Below are positions 20,753 to 30,867 of a stretch of 64,000 bases of DNA, piece after piece (the first letter of the stretch is position 1; each line of letters begins with the position of its first letter). Under the pieces are notes generated by a model. It did not search any database. It worked only from the letters and a program-made list of their open reading frames with translations, and was not told the origin of the DNA. The DNA is from an uncultured Clostridia bacterium. GTDB lineage: Bacteria; Bacillota; Clostridia; TANB77; CAG-508. Both the position numbers and the translations under genes were made by a program. The stretch covers positions 48,910-112,909 of the forward strand of contig CALXAV010000001.1 of NCBI GenBank assembly GCA_944386385.1, given 5' to 3'.

Positions 20753-21451
20753 CTATTCTGCTTGTTTTAATATTTCGTTTGCTTCATCTTCTGTTAAGAA
20801 TTTATTTTCTATCATCTTCTCCATTACTTGCCTTTGTCTTTGTTTTGCTAAATCTGGATTTTTAGTTGGTGCATAAACTGATGGTGCATTTGGAATACCT
20901 GCAAGTAATATACATTCATAGTCAGTCATTTCGTCTAATTCTTTATTAAAGTACCCCCTGCAAGCCTCTTTTACTGTATAATAGCCATCTCCAAAGAAAA
21001 TGTTATTTACATATAATTCAAATATATCTTCTTTTGAGTAATGTGATTCTATGTTCCAAGCCATAAATACTTCAGCAATTTTTCTTTCCATCTTCTTTTC
21101 TTGTGTGAAATACATATTTTTTGCTAATTGTTGTGTTATTGTACTTCCACCTTCTACATAAGACATTGCTTTTATATCATTTATTGCAGCTCTACCTATT
21201 GCGATTATATCTATTCCATTATGCTTATAAAATCTTTTATCTTCTACACTTATTACTGCATTTACATACATTTGTGGTAATTCTGAAAACTCTGCATAAT
21301 TTTCTTTTGACCTAATTTCTTCTACTTTTTCTTCAAGAGGCATATTTTCTATTGCTTCTTTATACATATTATAACCATTACCAATGAATAATAGTGCTAT
21401 ACTCATTCCAATTAGTATCAAGAAAATTAATACTTTAAATAACTTTTTCAT
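20753..21451 (-). CDS. mtgA: monofunctional peptidoglycan glycosyltransferase (GT51 transglycosylase)
   Basis: N-terminal TM; ISVEDKRFYKHNGID and GGSTITQQLAKN are GT51 signature motifs. Confidence 0.8.
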   Translation of the reverse strand: MKKLFKVLIFLILIGMSIALLFIGNGYNMYKEAIENMPLEEKVEEIRSKENYAEFSELPQMYVNAVISVEDKRFYKHNGIDIIAIGRAAINDIKAMSYVEGGSTITQQLAKNMYFTQEKKMERKIAEVFMAWNIESHYSKEDIFELYVNNIFFGDGYYTVKEACRGYFNKELDEMTDYECILLAGIPNAPSVYAPTKNPDLAKQRQRQVMEKMIENKFLTEDEANEILKQAE

Positions 21452-21488
21452 CTTTTACCACCTCATTTCTTTTTACATTTATTTTTTC

Positions 21489-21851
21489 TTATCCTTCTAC
21501 ATTCATTGCTGTTTTAACATCTTCTGGTAATTCACTTTCTTGTACTTCTTTCCAATTTACAACTCCACGAATTTGCATTACTTCTAGTTCTAAATAAGCA
21601 TCTTCTCTTAATTCTCTACTTGTTTTAAATTTGATTTCTTTTTCTTTTCCATTTTTGTTATATGCTGTTAATGTATATTCGTACTTCATACCTCCTGATT
21701 CGGTAATTTCTTGTATTTTTGTATTATCTATCTGTGTATAATATAAGTCTTTATGTATTACTAAAAAGTAGTATGCTCCTACTATTAAAGCTATCACTAT
21801 AATTACTGCTATTATCATTGGTAATTTTTCTTTAAAACTTTCCATTTCCAA
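21489..21851 (-). CDS. yxeA: YxeA family protein (DUF1093)
   Basis: 120 aa, N-terminal TM, motif YTLTAYNKNGKEKEIKF; position downstream of BceAB-type transporter mirrors B. subtilis yxdLM-yxeA. Confidence 0.65.
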   Translation of the reverse strand: MEMESFKEKLPMIIAVIIVIALIVGAYYFLVIHKDLYYTQIDNTKIQEITESGGMKYEYTLTAYNKNGKEKEIKFKTSRELREDAYLELEVMQIRGVVNWKEVQESELPEDVKTAMNVEG

Positions 21852-21857
21852 TACCTC

Positions 21858-22349
21858 CTACTCTGATAATATATCGACATTTCCAGTAAAGTTATTTGTT
21901 TTAATTATTAAATAATAACTTTTTTCTTTGACATCAATAGTTTTCTCTATTTCTCCAGTATCACTAATTAATATTTCATTTTCAGCTCCCAATTTGTTTA
22001 TAATTTCTATATTTCCACTTTGTTTATCTACTTTTATTTTAAGTTTTATTGTATTTCCATTTTCTCTATTTAAAGCTGTACCACCAAATATAGTTTCTTC
22101 CTTTGTTGTATTATTATAGTTTGCTTTGTATTTTCCAACATATTCATCAAGTCCAAATGTTCTTTCTCCTTGTATTTTGTTATCACTTGTAATTCCTAAA
22201 CTCGAAACATCTTGTAAAAAGTTATTATAAGTATTCATAGCACTATCTTTTGAAACTGCACTATTCGTAAAAATGCTTGTAAAAAAACTAGCTCCTAAAA
22301 TTATTAGTCCAACTATAAATACTATAATTAATTTAAAGAAACCGAACAT
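21858..22349 (-). CDS. hypothetical membrane-anchored protein
   Basis: 163 aa; N-terminal TM, no recognised motif. Confidence 0.45.
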   Translation of the reverse strand: MFGFFKLIIVFIVGLIILGASFFTSIFTNSAVSKDSAMNTYNNFLQDVSSLGITSDNKIQGERTFGLDEYVGKYKANYNNTTKEETIFGGTALNRENGNTIKLKIKVDKQSGNIEIINKLGAENEILISDTGEIEKTIDVKEKSYYLIIKTNNFTGNVDILSE

Positions 22350-22353
22350 TACT

Positions 22354-24450
22354 CTATTCCTCCTCTTTAATTATGTTTTTACTTCCGAAATATGTTGCTA
22401 GGAAATATAATCCATAAATTGCTCCAATGATTACTGCTGTTACAATAATTGATGGTAGTAATTCATCTGGTGATGCAAGTGCTGCAAGCATTGATAAGAT
22501 AAATTTAATTCCAAATATTGAATGTACTATTGCTAAAGTAAGTGGCATCATAAAGAATATGAATATTTGTCTAAATAGTGCTTGATTTATCATTTTTTCA
22601 TCACAACCAATTTTTCTTAATATTGTATATCTTTGTTTGTTGTCAGAACTTTCTGTTAATTGTTTTAATGCTAAAATAGCTGAACTTGCAATAAGGAATA
22701 CAATACCTAAATAAATTGCTATAAATATGATAATTGTTGATAAACCTTTACTAGCTTCTGTTAAGCTAATCTTTGTCATTCCTTCAAGATTTATTTCTTT
22801 TTCTGATAAATTGTCAAATAATTCACTATCAACTTCACCTGCAAGGACTTTTTCTAATTCTACTTTTTCTTCTTCTGTTTCTGCGTTATAGTTAGCTGCT
22901 AAAAAGTATTGTTCAATATTTTCATCTTTAAATTCAAAGCTATCTGGTACTACTATAATTCCTCCATTCATCTCACTTACAGACATCATTATAAATCCAT
23001 ATTGACATTCATTATATTTAGCATGATAAGTTTTTCCATTTATTTCTATATCAGAATCTTGTTTTAATGCTTCATTTCTCATATTTAATAATTGTTCAAA
23101 ATCGCAAAGTACCATAAATTCATCATCATTTAATGAATACTCTTCTTCTCCATAAAGTTTTGCAATTTTATTATAATCAGAAATTTTAATAATAGTTTCT
23201 GGTAAATCATAAGATAAATTTGCATATTGTGATTTAGCAGTTTCAAAATAACCTCCCAAACTATATTCAAAAGTCCATTCTGGTATTGTGTAAATTGGTA
23301 TCTCTACTATATCTTTCAAATTATTCATATCATATCCATTTGTTTCAAGTGTATAACTTACTGGATGTTTTGAATCTTCTATTTGTTCTTCTGTATTATA
23401 TATTGTTTTACCACTATATGAACTTACATAGCTTTCTGGCAAATATGCTGTTTTATATAAATTGACATCTACAGGTGTAAATTTATTTAATTGAGAATCT
23501 AATGATGATTTAATTGATAAACTGCTAGATAATACACTTATTGTCATAAATAGCATTAAACAAATAATACTCATACTTACTATATTTGTATTGATTTTAT
23601 TATTTAGTTGTCTTAATACAAACATATTTGTTCCTTTTAAATAAACACTTTTTCTTGTTTGTATAAGTCTTAATATAAAGCCTGATAATGACCAGAACAC
23701 TCCAACTGTTCCTACTATTCCCATAATTATTGGAGGTAATAATTTATCTGCTGTACTTAAATTGTTTGCTCCTCCAGTTACTTGATAATAAGCATATCCC
23801 AATATTACGCTTGATGCTATAAATACAAGTATTGAGATGAATGGATTTTTCATTTTTATTTTTTCATTTTTTCTTACTGCTGTTAATAAATTAATTAATT
23901 TATATCTTGATATTGTTAATGTATTAAATATGATTACTGCTACATACATTACTGCAAAGTATATACAAGTCTTTATACAAGCATCTTTTGAAAAGACAAA
24001 TGTAAATTCACTCATATCTGCTTCAAATAATTTTGCAACTAATATAGACATAAACTGTGATGCAAACACACCTATAAATAAACCAACTGCCAAAGATAAT
24101 ATTCCAACCAATATAGTTTCTAATAATATAATAGCTGATATTTGCCTTCTACCCATACCCAGTGTCATATATATACCAAATTCTCTTTTTCTTCTATTTA
24201 CTAAAAAGTTATTTGCATATACTATTAAAAATCCTAGTACAATAGCAATAAAAACCGAAAGCATACCAAGCAACTGAACTAATAGTTGAATCATATCTCT
24301 TGTTGATTGTGATACTTCGAGCATTGCTTGTTGACTATCTAAAGAGTTAAACATATAGAATATTGCTACACCTAATACTAAAGTTAAAAAGTATATTGCA
24401 TAATCCTTAAAACTCTTTTTCATATTTCTAAAAGATAACTTAAATAACAT
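22354..24450 (-). CDS. BceB-type ABC transporter permease (FtsX, 10 TM, large extracellular loop)
   Basis: 698 aa; two FtsX-like TM clusters separated by ~220-aa extracellular domain. Confidence 0.85.
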   Translation of the reverse strand: MLFKLSFRNMKKSFKDYAIYFLTLVLGVAIFYMFNSLDSQQAMLEVSQSTRDMIQLLVQLLGMLSVFIAIVLGFLIVYANNFLVNRRKREFGIYMTLGMGRRQISAIILLETILVGILSLAVGLFIGVFASQFMSILVAKLFEADMSEFTFVFSKDACIKTCIYFAVMYVAVIIFNTLTISRYKLINLLTAVRKNEKIKMKNPFISILVFIASSVILGYAYYQVTGGANNLSTADKLLPPIIMGIVGTVGVFWSLSGFILRLIQTRKSVYLKGTNMFVLRQLNNKINTNIVSMSIICLMLFMTISVLSSSLSIKSSLDSQLNKFTPVDVNLYKTAYLPESYVSSYSGKTIYNTEEQIEDSKHPVSYTLETNGYDMNNLKDIVEIPIYTIPEWTFEYSLGGYFETAKSQYANLSYDLPETIIKISDYNKIAKLYGEEEYSLNDDEFMVLCDFEQLLNMRNEALKQDSDIEINGKTYHAKYNECQYGFIMMSVSEMNGGIIVVPDSFEFKDENIEQYFLAANYNAETEEEKVELEKVLAGEVDSELFDNLSEKEINLEGMTKISLTEASKGLSTIIIFIAIYLGIVFLIASSAILALKQLTESSDNKQRYTILRKIGCDEKMINQALFRQIFIFFMMPLTLAIVHSIFGIKFILSMLAALASPDELLPSIIVTAVIIGAIYGLYFLATYFGSKNIIKEEE

Positions 24451-25207
24451 CGTTCAAATCACCTCCAAGAAGTGTTTGTACCTCAATTATTTTTTCAAAG
24501 AATTGTTTTCTTGTATCCTCGCCTTTTATTAATTCATTGAATATCTTTCCATCTTTAATAAATATAATTCTTTCTGCATAACTAGCTGTAAAAGCATCAT
24601 GCGTTACCATTAAAATTGTAGCACCTAATTTTTGATTTAAGTGTTCAAATGTTTCTAATAGTTGCCTTGCTGACTTTGAATCTAATGCTCCTGTTGGCTC
24701 ATCTGCAAGTACCATTTTAGGGTTTGTTATAATCGCTCTTGCTGATGCTACTCTTTGTTTTTGCCCTCCAGAAATCTGATAAGGATATTTATTTAATATT
24801 TCTGATATTTCAAGTTTTTGTGCTATTTCTTTTACTTTCTTATCTATTTCGTGTGAATTTACTTTTTGAATTGTTAAAGCAAGTGCAATATTTTCATAAG
24901 CTGTTAGAGTATCTAACAAGTTAAAGTCTTGAAATATAAATCCTAATTCTTCCCTTCTAAACTTATTTAGCTTGTTTCCTTTTAATTTTGTAATGTCTTG
25001 ATTATTTATAATAATCTTTCCTGCTGTTACTCTGTCGATTGTTGAAATACAATTTAATAATGTTGTTTTACCTGAGCCTGATGCTCCCATTATTCCAACA
25101 AATTCTCCCTCTCCAACATTAAAACTAATACCATCTATTGCCTTTGTTAAATTTGATTTATTTCCATAGTATTTTTCAATGTTTTTTACCTCTAATACAT
25201 TACTCAT
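24440..25207 (-). CDS. BceA-type ABC transporter ATP-binding protein
   Basis: GASGSGKTTLLN, ISGGQKQRVASARAI, VLADEPTGALD. Confidence 0.9.
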   Translation of the reverse strand: MSNVLEVKNIEKYYGNKSNLTKAIDGISFNVGEGEFVGIMGASGSGKTTLLNCISTIDRVTAGKIIINNQDITKLKGNKLNKFRREELGFIFQDFNLLDTLTAYENIALALTIQKVNSHEIDKKVKEIAQKLEISEILNKYPYQISGGQKQRVASARAIITNPKMVLADEPTGALDSKSARQLLETFEHLNQKLGATILMVTHDAFTASYAERIIFIKDGKIFNELIKGEDTRKQFFEKIIEVQTLLGGDLNDVI

Positions 25208-25276
25208 TATAAAATCTCCTTTCCTATGTTCTAACTATATTATAAAACTTTAAATATTTCCTTGCCATTTTTTAAT

Positions 25277-25304
25277 CTTACATTTGTCTTACATTTTTGT
25301 AAGA
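25277..25304. promoter_or_regulatory. BceR-like box: TCTTACA-TTTT-TGTAAGA palindrome plus extra TTACA half-site 10 bp upstream; ~80 bp before ATPase start
   Basis: matches TNACA-N4-TGTAA consensus proposed for BceR-like regulators. Confidence 0.5.
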
Positions 25305-25335
25305 TAAGAAAAAAATAGCCCTATAAAAAGAGCTA

Positions 25336-26352
25336 TTAAAAATTTGTATAACTATTCTTTGGAAAGATTATTCTAACTTCTGTTCCCTTATCTTTTTCTG
25401 AATTTAATTCTATTCCTAATCCTAGTCTATCACATAATTTTTTACATAGATATAGTCCAATTCCAGTTGATTTTTGACCTATAATTCTTCCATTTTCTCC
25501 AGTAAATCCTCTTTCAAATACTCTTGTTATCTCCCCTTTTTTTATTCCGATTCCATTATCTTTGATATATAATATTACTTTATCATTTTTTTCTTGTGAG
25601 GAAATTTCTATTTTTTTATTTTCCTTTTTAGAGTATTTTATAGCATTTTGTATGATCTGATTTATGATAAATACTGCCCATTTGCTATCTGTATATACTT
25701 CTTCATCTTTTAAATTTGAAAGTTCTATTGATACTTTTTCATTTAAAAGTGTAGTTTTATTCTTTAAAATTGCTCCATTTACTATTTCTTTTAAGTTTGT
25801 TTTATTTATAATGTAATCTTTTTCTACTGCATTACTTCTAGCATAGAATAAGGCTTGTTCTGTATAGTTTTCTACCTTATCTAATTCTTCATCTATGCTT
25901 TTTGTTACTTCATTTTTATTATTTTCTATAATCATTTTACTTGCTGCAATAGGTATTTTAACTTCGTGAATCCATAGTTCAATATATTCTTTATAATCTT
26001 CTTGAATATTTTTGTAATAGTTTACATTTTCAAGCATTGACTTTCCTGTATCTTGCAATATATCTTTTAATATTTTGCCTTCTATAAAATTAGGTGTTTT
26101 TATTATTTCTGAAATTAAATATTTTTCTTTTAAATCTTCCATATTCTTTATTAATTCATTGTAGTAATCTTTTTTCTTCTTATATTCAATTAGTATAGCA
26201 AGTGCTACTACAAATATAATTATAATTGCACAATATAATCTTATTAATATACTAATATTATAAGCAAGTAACAAAATTTCTACACTTGATAAAGCTAGTA
26301 TTGTACCAACAATTAATATCATTTTTTCTTTTATAAAATCTCTAAATTTCAT
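25336..26352 (-). CDS. BceS-like intramembrane-sensing histidine kinase
   Basis: 2 TM with minimal loop, HisKA (IHEVKIPIAA), HATPase_c (STGIGLYLCK). Confidence 0.85.
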   Translation of the reverse strand: MKFRDFIKEKMILIVGTILALSSVEILLLAYNISILIRLYCAIIIIFVVALAILIEYKKKKDYYNELIKNMEDLKEKYLISEIIKTPNFIEGKILKDILQDTGKSMLENVNYYKNIQEDYKEYIELWIHEVKIPIAASKMIIENNKNEVTKSIDEELDKVENYTEQALFYARSNAVEKDYIINKTNLKEIVNGAILKNKTTLLNEKVSIELSNLKDEEVYTDSKWAVFIINQIIQNAIKYSKKENKKIEISSQEKNDKVILYIKDNGIGIKKGEITRVFERGFTGENGRIIGQKSTGIGLYLCKKLCDRLGLGIELNSEKDKGTEVRIIFPKNSYTNF

Positions 26353-27020
26353 TTCAATATATAACCTTGTCCTCTCCTAGTTTCTATTCTATCCATAAGT
26401 CCTAGTTCCTCTAATTTGCCTCTTAATCTTTTTACATTTACACTTAAAGTGTTATCATCAATAAATTCTTCACTTTCCCACAAATAGTCCATTATCTCAT
26501 CTCTTGATACAATTCTTCCTCTGTTCTTTGCTAAATAATATAAAATGGTGTATTCATTTTTAGTTAGTTCAATTTTTTGTTCATCTTTTTCAATTACTCT
26601 TTCTGCAATATTTAAAGTAAATCCATCACAGTCAATTTTTTCTATTTCTTTTTCTAGTTTTTGAGTTCTTTTTAATAATCCATTTATTTTTGCAAGTAAT
26701 ATTTGTATGTTATATGGTTTTGTTACATACTGATCTGCTCCATAATTTAAGCTCATTAATTCATCTATTTCATTATCTCTGCTTGTTACCATTATTATTG
26801 GAACATCTGATGTTTTTCTAACTTCTTTACATACAAATTCGCCGTCTGTATATGGCAAATTTATATCCAATAATATTAAATCTGCATTTTCATTTAAAAT
26901 ATCTTGAATTGTATTATCAAATTTTTCTAATCCTTTTGCAATAAAACCATGTTTAGTTAAAAATGTTTCTAATTCTTTTCTTAATTTTTTATCATCTTCT
27001 ACTATTAAAATTCTTTGCAT
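26349..27020 (-). CDS. BceR-like OmpR-family response regulator
   Basis: receiver + winged helix (TRRGQGYIL). Confidence 0.9.
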   Translation of the reverse strand: MQRILIVEDDKKLRKELETFLTKHGFIAKGLEKFDNTIQDILNENADLILLDINLPYTDGEFVCKEVRKTSDVPIIMVTSRDNEIDELMSLNYGADQYVTKPYNIQILLAKINGLLKRTQKLEKEIEKIDCDGFTLNIAERVIEKDEQKIELTKNEYTILYYLAKNRGRIVSRDEIMDYLWESEEFIDDNTLSVNVKRLRGKLEELGLMDRIETRRGQGYILK

Positions 27021-27066
27021 GATTTTAACCTCCAGAATAATTATATCACATTTTTCTGTTCATTAA

Positions 27067-27082
27067 CTTACATTTTTGTAAG
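27067..27082. promoter_or_regulatory. BceR-like box CTTACA-TTTT-TGTAAG ~50 bp upstream of response-regulator gene
   Basis: perfect palindrome; lies between yccF terminator hairpin (27110-27135) and RR start. Confidence 0.45.
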
Positions 27083-27184
27083 ATAGCAAAAGAAAATAAG
27101 AGGATAGCATCTGCTACCCTCCCTTTAAAAATCACACAAATCTCAAATTGATGTTTTAAAATTCCAAAATTTCATTGTTACTTT

Positions 27185-27544
27185 TTAAATGATTCTTGCC
27201 CCAAATGGTGCTAAAGCAAGTTTTGCAATCTTAAAAAATTGAAGTCCAAAAGGTATTCCAACAATCGTAATGCACCAAATACAACCAAATATGAAATTCT
27301 CTATTGCCATAGGAATACCAAAGAAGATAATCCAAATTATATTGGCAAATAATGATGGAACTCCTCCTCCATATTCAATCTCCTTTCCAAAGGGTGCAAA
27401 CGACATTGATGCAAATTTAAAGCATTGTAAACCATATGGAATTCCAACAATTGTTATACACCAAATAATCCCTGATAACACCCATGAAATTCCACTAAAT
27501 AAGCCTCCAAAAATAAACCATAAGATGTTTCCTATTAAGCTCAT
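27185..27544 (-). CDS. YccF domain-containing inner membrane protein (DUF307)
   Basis: duplicated motif ITIVGIPYGLQCFK / ITIVGIPFGLQFFK typical of YccF. Confidence 0.7.
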   Translation of the reverse strand: MSLIGNILWFIFGGLFSGISWVLSGIIWCITIVGIPYGLQCFKFASMSFAPFGKEIEYGGGVPSLFANIIWIIFFGIPMAIENFIFGCIWCITIVGIPFGLQFFKIAKLALAPFGARII

Positions 27545-27730
27545 AACTCATTCTCCTTTTCCATAAGCATCAATTAATTTCTGTGCGATTTCTTGCATAG
27601 TTATTTAACTTTTACAAGTAAATATAATTAGTATATAGTTATATTAACTATTGCCTTGATTTAATTAATACCTAAATAAAGTATTTTCTATATTATATCA
27701 TTTTACTATCTATCTTGCTATTATTTTACC

Positions 27731-27756
27731 TTACAATCTTCTTACATTTTTGTAAT
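27731..27756. promoter_or_regulatory. BceR-like box CTTACA-TTTT-TGTAAT with extra TTACA half-site 12 bp upstream
   Basis: same architecture as the box at 25277-25304. Confidence 0.4.
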
Positions 27757-27792
27757 TTAAAAGATTAGTCATAAAACTAACCTTTTAAATCC

Positions 27793-27954
27793 TTATTTTA
27801 GCTTATATATATTTTCTTCCTTTTTCTTTTTTATTTTCTTTACTATAAAAACAATTGCAATTACCAATATTATTCCAATTATCCAGCCTAATAACGGAAG
27901 CCAAAAGTCTGTTATGCTTTGTATTACTCCATTCCAATTAATATTCTCTGGCAT
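27793..27954 (-). CDS. possible small membrane protein (53 aa) overlapping the 3' end of the permease gene
   Basis: AAAGGAGA RBS 6 nt before ATG; MPENINWNGVIQSITDFWLPLLGWIIGIILVIAIVFIVKKIKKKKEE.. single TM plus basic tail; not in ORF track (<60 aa). Confidence 0.3.
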   Translation of the reverse strand: MPENINWNGVIQSITDFWLPLLGWIIGIILVIAIVFIVKKIKKKKEENIYKLK

Positions 27955-30037
27955 TTCTGTTCTCCTTTATAATATTCTTACTAGATAAATAAGTTATTAA
28001 GAAATATCCTCCATAAATTACTACTATAAATATTGCTGTCATAATAATTGATGGTAATAGCTGTTCGTTTCCAAATGTTTCTATTATATAACTACAAAAT
28101 GTTATTCCAAAGATTGAATGAATAATTGCTATTAACAATGGGAACATAAAGAATATTGCAATTTGTCTAAATAATGATTTATTTATCATCTTTTCATCTG
28201 CCCCTAATTTTCGTAGCATATTATATCTTTCTTTATTATCTGTACTTTCTGTTAGTTCTTTTAAAGCAAGGATTGCAACACTTGCTATTAAAAATACGAT
28301 TCCTAGATATAGTCCTAAAAATGTTACTAATGCTCCTATTCCTATACTTGCCTCACTTATATCAACTTTACTATTTATTGAAGGCAAGTTATATTCTAAT
28401 GAAATTGGATTATTTACTAAATTTTTAATTTGTTCTTGAATCTCTCTTTGTTCATCTAATGAATCTGTATAGTAATTTCCAATTATAGAGTTATAAACAA
28501 TATAATTATCATCTACTATATCATCTGGAACTATTATAATTCCTGAATTTATATGATTACTTGCCATTTCTACAAAGCCATATTGACATTCATTATATTT
28601 TGGTTTTAATGTATGTCCAAAAACAGTTATTTCTTGATTATCTTTTAACGCTACATTTCTTATTTCAATCATTGAGTCATAATCTGCAACAATTATATAT
28701 TCATCTTCATTTATTGTATACTCTTCATTCCCATAAAATTTAGCAACTTTATTATAATCGCTTATTGTCATAATATCATCTGCTACATTATAAGGGATTA
28801 GTGAAGTATAAGTATTTTTTATTGTTTCCCAATTATCTCCTAATGTATCTCCAAATGTTAATTCTTCTGTTTGATAAAGATTGTATTCTACACTTTCTTC
28901 TAAATAAGAATCTATGTTAAAATCAAACTTTTCTAATATTTCTCTAATACTTAATTTAGAATTTTTTATTTGTTCTTCATTATACCCTTGATCTAGCCAA
29001 TCTTCATTTAATACTCTTTTTTCTATTTGAATATCTGCTGGTGCTAGTTCATCTAAATTTGCAGTCATTGAATTTTTAAGTGATAAAGCACTTGATAACA
29101 CACAAATCGTTACAAATAACATTAAAGAAATTATTGTCATTGAAAATACTGTTGTGTTTATCTTACTACTTAATTGTCTAAATGTAAAAGTATTTAATCC
29201 TTTTACATACAAATTTTTCATACTTGTTACTATTTTTAAAATTAGCCCTGATAAAGACCAGAATATAAAAAATGTAGATACTGCTCCAATTACAATTGGC
29301 TTAAATATATTTTCTGGAGTCTTAATTGTTTCATTTATTCCACCTGTTACCATATAATAAGCATATCCTAGAGCTATGGCTGATATGATAAATACTATGG
29401 TACAAAGCATTGGATTTTTCATTTTTACTTTTTCAGACTTTTTATTTGTTTGTATTAAATCAATTAATTTACATTTTCCAATATTTACTGTATTAAATAA
29501 CATTACAATGACGTACATTATTCCAAAATATATTATTGTTTTAATACATGCTTGACTTGAAAAAATAAATTCATATTTTGTCATATCTGCTTCAAACATA
29601 TTTGCAACTAACATACTCATAAGTTGTGAAAGCAATACTCCAAGTCCTAACCCAACAGCTAATGATATAATACCAATTAAGATTGTTTCAAAGAATAGTA
29701 TCATAGATATTTTTCTTTTACTCATACCTAAAAGCATATATATACCAAATTCTTTATTTCTTCTTTTTATTAAAAATCTACTTGCATATATTATTAGAAA
29801 TCCTAGAATAAATGCCACAAATACACTTGCTCCTGATAACATATTCGTCATCAAATCTATAACTTCATATGTGCTATTTGTTACATCTAATAGTACAGTT
29901 TGACTTTCTATACTGTTAAATACATAAAATATCGCAATACCTAATATTAAAGTAAAGAAATATATTGCATAATCTTTAAAACTCTTTTTTATATTTCTAA
30001 AAGACAATTTAATAGTTGTCATTTTCCTCACCTCCAA
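27938..30037 (-). CDS. BceB-type ABC transporter permease (second module)
   Basis: 699 aa, 10 TM FtsX architecture, paralog of 22354..24450. Confidence 0.85.
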   Translation of the reverse strand: MEVRKMTTIKLSFRNIKKSFKDYAIYFFTLILGIAIFYVFNSIESQTVLLDVTNSTYEVIDLMTNMLSGASVFVAFILGFLIIYASRFLIKRRNKEFGIYMLLGMSKRKISMILFFETILIGIISLAVGLGLGVLLSQLMSMLVANMFEADMTKYEFIFSSQACIKTIIYFGIMYVIVMLFNTVNIGKCKLIDLIQTNKKSEKVKMKNPMLCTIVFIISAIALGYAYYMVTGGINETIKTPENIFKPIVIGAVSTFFIFWSLSGLILKIVTSMKNLYVKGLNTFTFRQLSSKINTTVFSMTIISLMLFVTICVLSSALSLKNSMTANLDELAPADIQIEKRVLNEDWLDQGYNEEQIKNSKLSIREILEKFDFNIDSYLEESVEYNLYQTEELTFGDTLGDNWETIKNTYTSLIPYNVADDIMTISDYNKVAKFYGNEEYTINEDEYIIVADYDSMIEIRNVALKDNQEITVFGHTLKPKYNECQYGFVEMASNHINSGIIIVPDDIVDDNYIVYNSIIGNYYTDSLDEQREIQEQIKNLVNNPISLEYNLPSINSKVDISEASIGIGALVTFLGLYLGIVFLIASVAILALKELTESTDNKERYNMLRKLGADEKMINKSLFRQIAIFFMFPLLIAIIHSIFGITFCSYIIETFGNEQLLPSIIMTAIFIVVIYGGYFLITYLSSKNIIKENRNAREY

Positions 30038-30776
30038 GCAAGGTTACAACATCTATAATCTTGTCAAAGAAATTCTTTCTTGAACTGTTACCTTTTATTA
30101 TTTCATTAAATACTTTTCCGTCTTTTATAAATATTACTCGACTAGCATAAGAGGCACAAAAACTATCATGCGTTACCATTAATATTGTAGTATTTAGTTT
30201 TTCATTTAAGTAATCAAAACTTTCAAGTAACATTCGAGATGATTTACTATCTAATGCTCCTGTTGGTTCATCTGCTAAAACTATTTGTGGATCAGTTATT
30301 ATTGCTCTGGCAGATGCTACTCTTTGCTTTTGACCTCCAGACATTTGATAAGGATATTTATTTAATACTTCTTTTATTCCAAGTTTAGTCGCAACATCAT
30401 TAACCCTTTTTTCAATTTCTTTTGCTACTTTATTTTGAATAGAAAGTGCTAATGATATATTTTCATAAGCAGTTAATGTATCTAATAAATTAAAATCTTG
30501 GAATATAAATCCTAATTTTTCTCTCCTAAATTTATTTAAGTTATTTCCTTTTAACTTTGTAATATCTTCTCCTCCAACGAAAATGTGTCCAGATGTAACT
30601 TTGTCAATTGTAGATATACAATTTAAAAGTGTTGTTTTTCCACTTCCTGATGCTCCCATTATTGCAACAAATTCGCCTTTATCTACTTCAAAAGATAAAT
30701 TATCTAATGCTTTTGTTAGACTTGATTTGCTACCATAGTATTTTTCTACTTTATCAATTTTTAATATATTTGACAT
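30009..30776 (-). CDS. BceA-type ABC transporter ATP-binding protein (second module)
   Basis: GASGSGKTTLLN, MSGGQKQRVASARAI, VLADEPTGALD. Confidence 0.9.
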   Translation of the reverse strand: MSNILKIDKVEKYYGSKSSLTKALDNLSFEVDKGEFVAIMGASGSGKTTLLNCISTIDKVTSGHIFVGGEDITKLKGNNLNKFRREKLGFIFQDFNLLDTLTAYENISLALSIQNKVAKEIEKRVNDVATKLGIKEVLNKYPYQMSGGQKQRVASARAIITDPQIVLADEPTGALDSKSSRMLLESFDYLNEKLNTTILMVTHDSFCASYASRVIFIKDGKVFNEIIKGNSSRKNFFDKIIDVVTLLGGEENDNY

Positions 30777-30845
30777 CTTCTCATCTCTCCTTTCATTTTC
30801 ATTATAGAGGATTAGTTTTTATTTGTCCTTCTTCTAAAATTACTA

Positions 30846-30867
30846 AACATTACAATTTTGTAATGTT
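30846..30867. promoter_or_regulatory. BceR-like box AACATTACA-ATTT-TGTAATGTT, ~75 bp upstream of ATPase start
   Basis: 22-bp perfect palindrome containing TTACA-N4-TGTAA. Confidence 0.5.
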
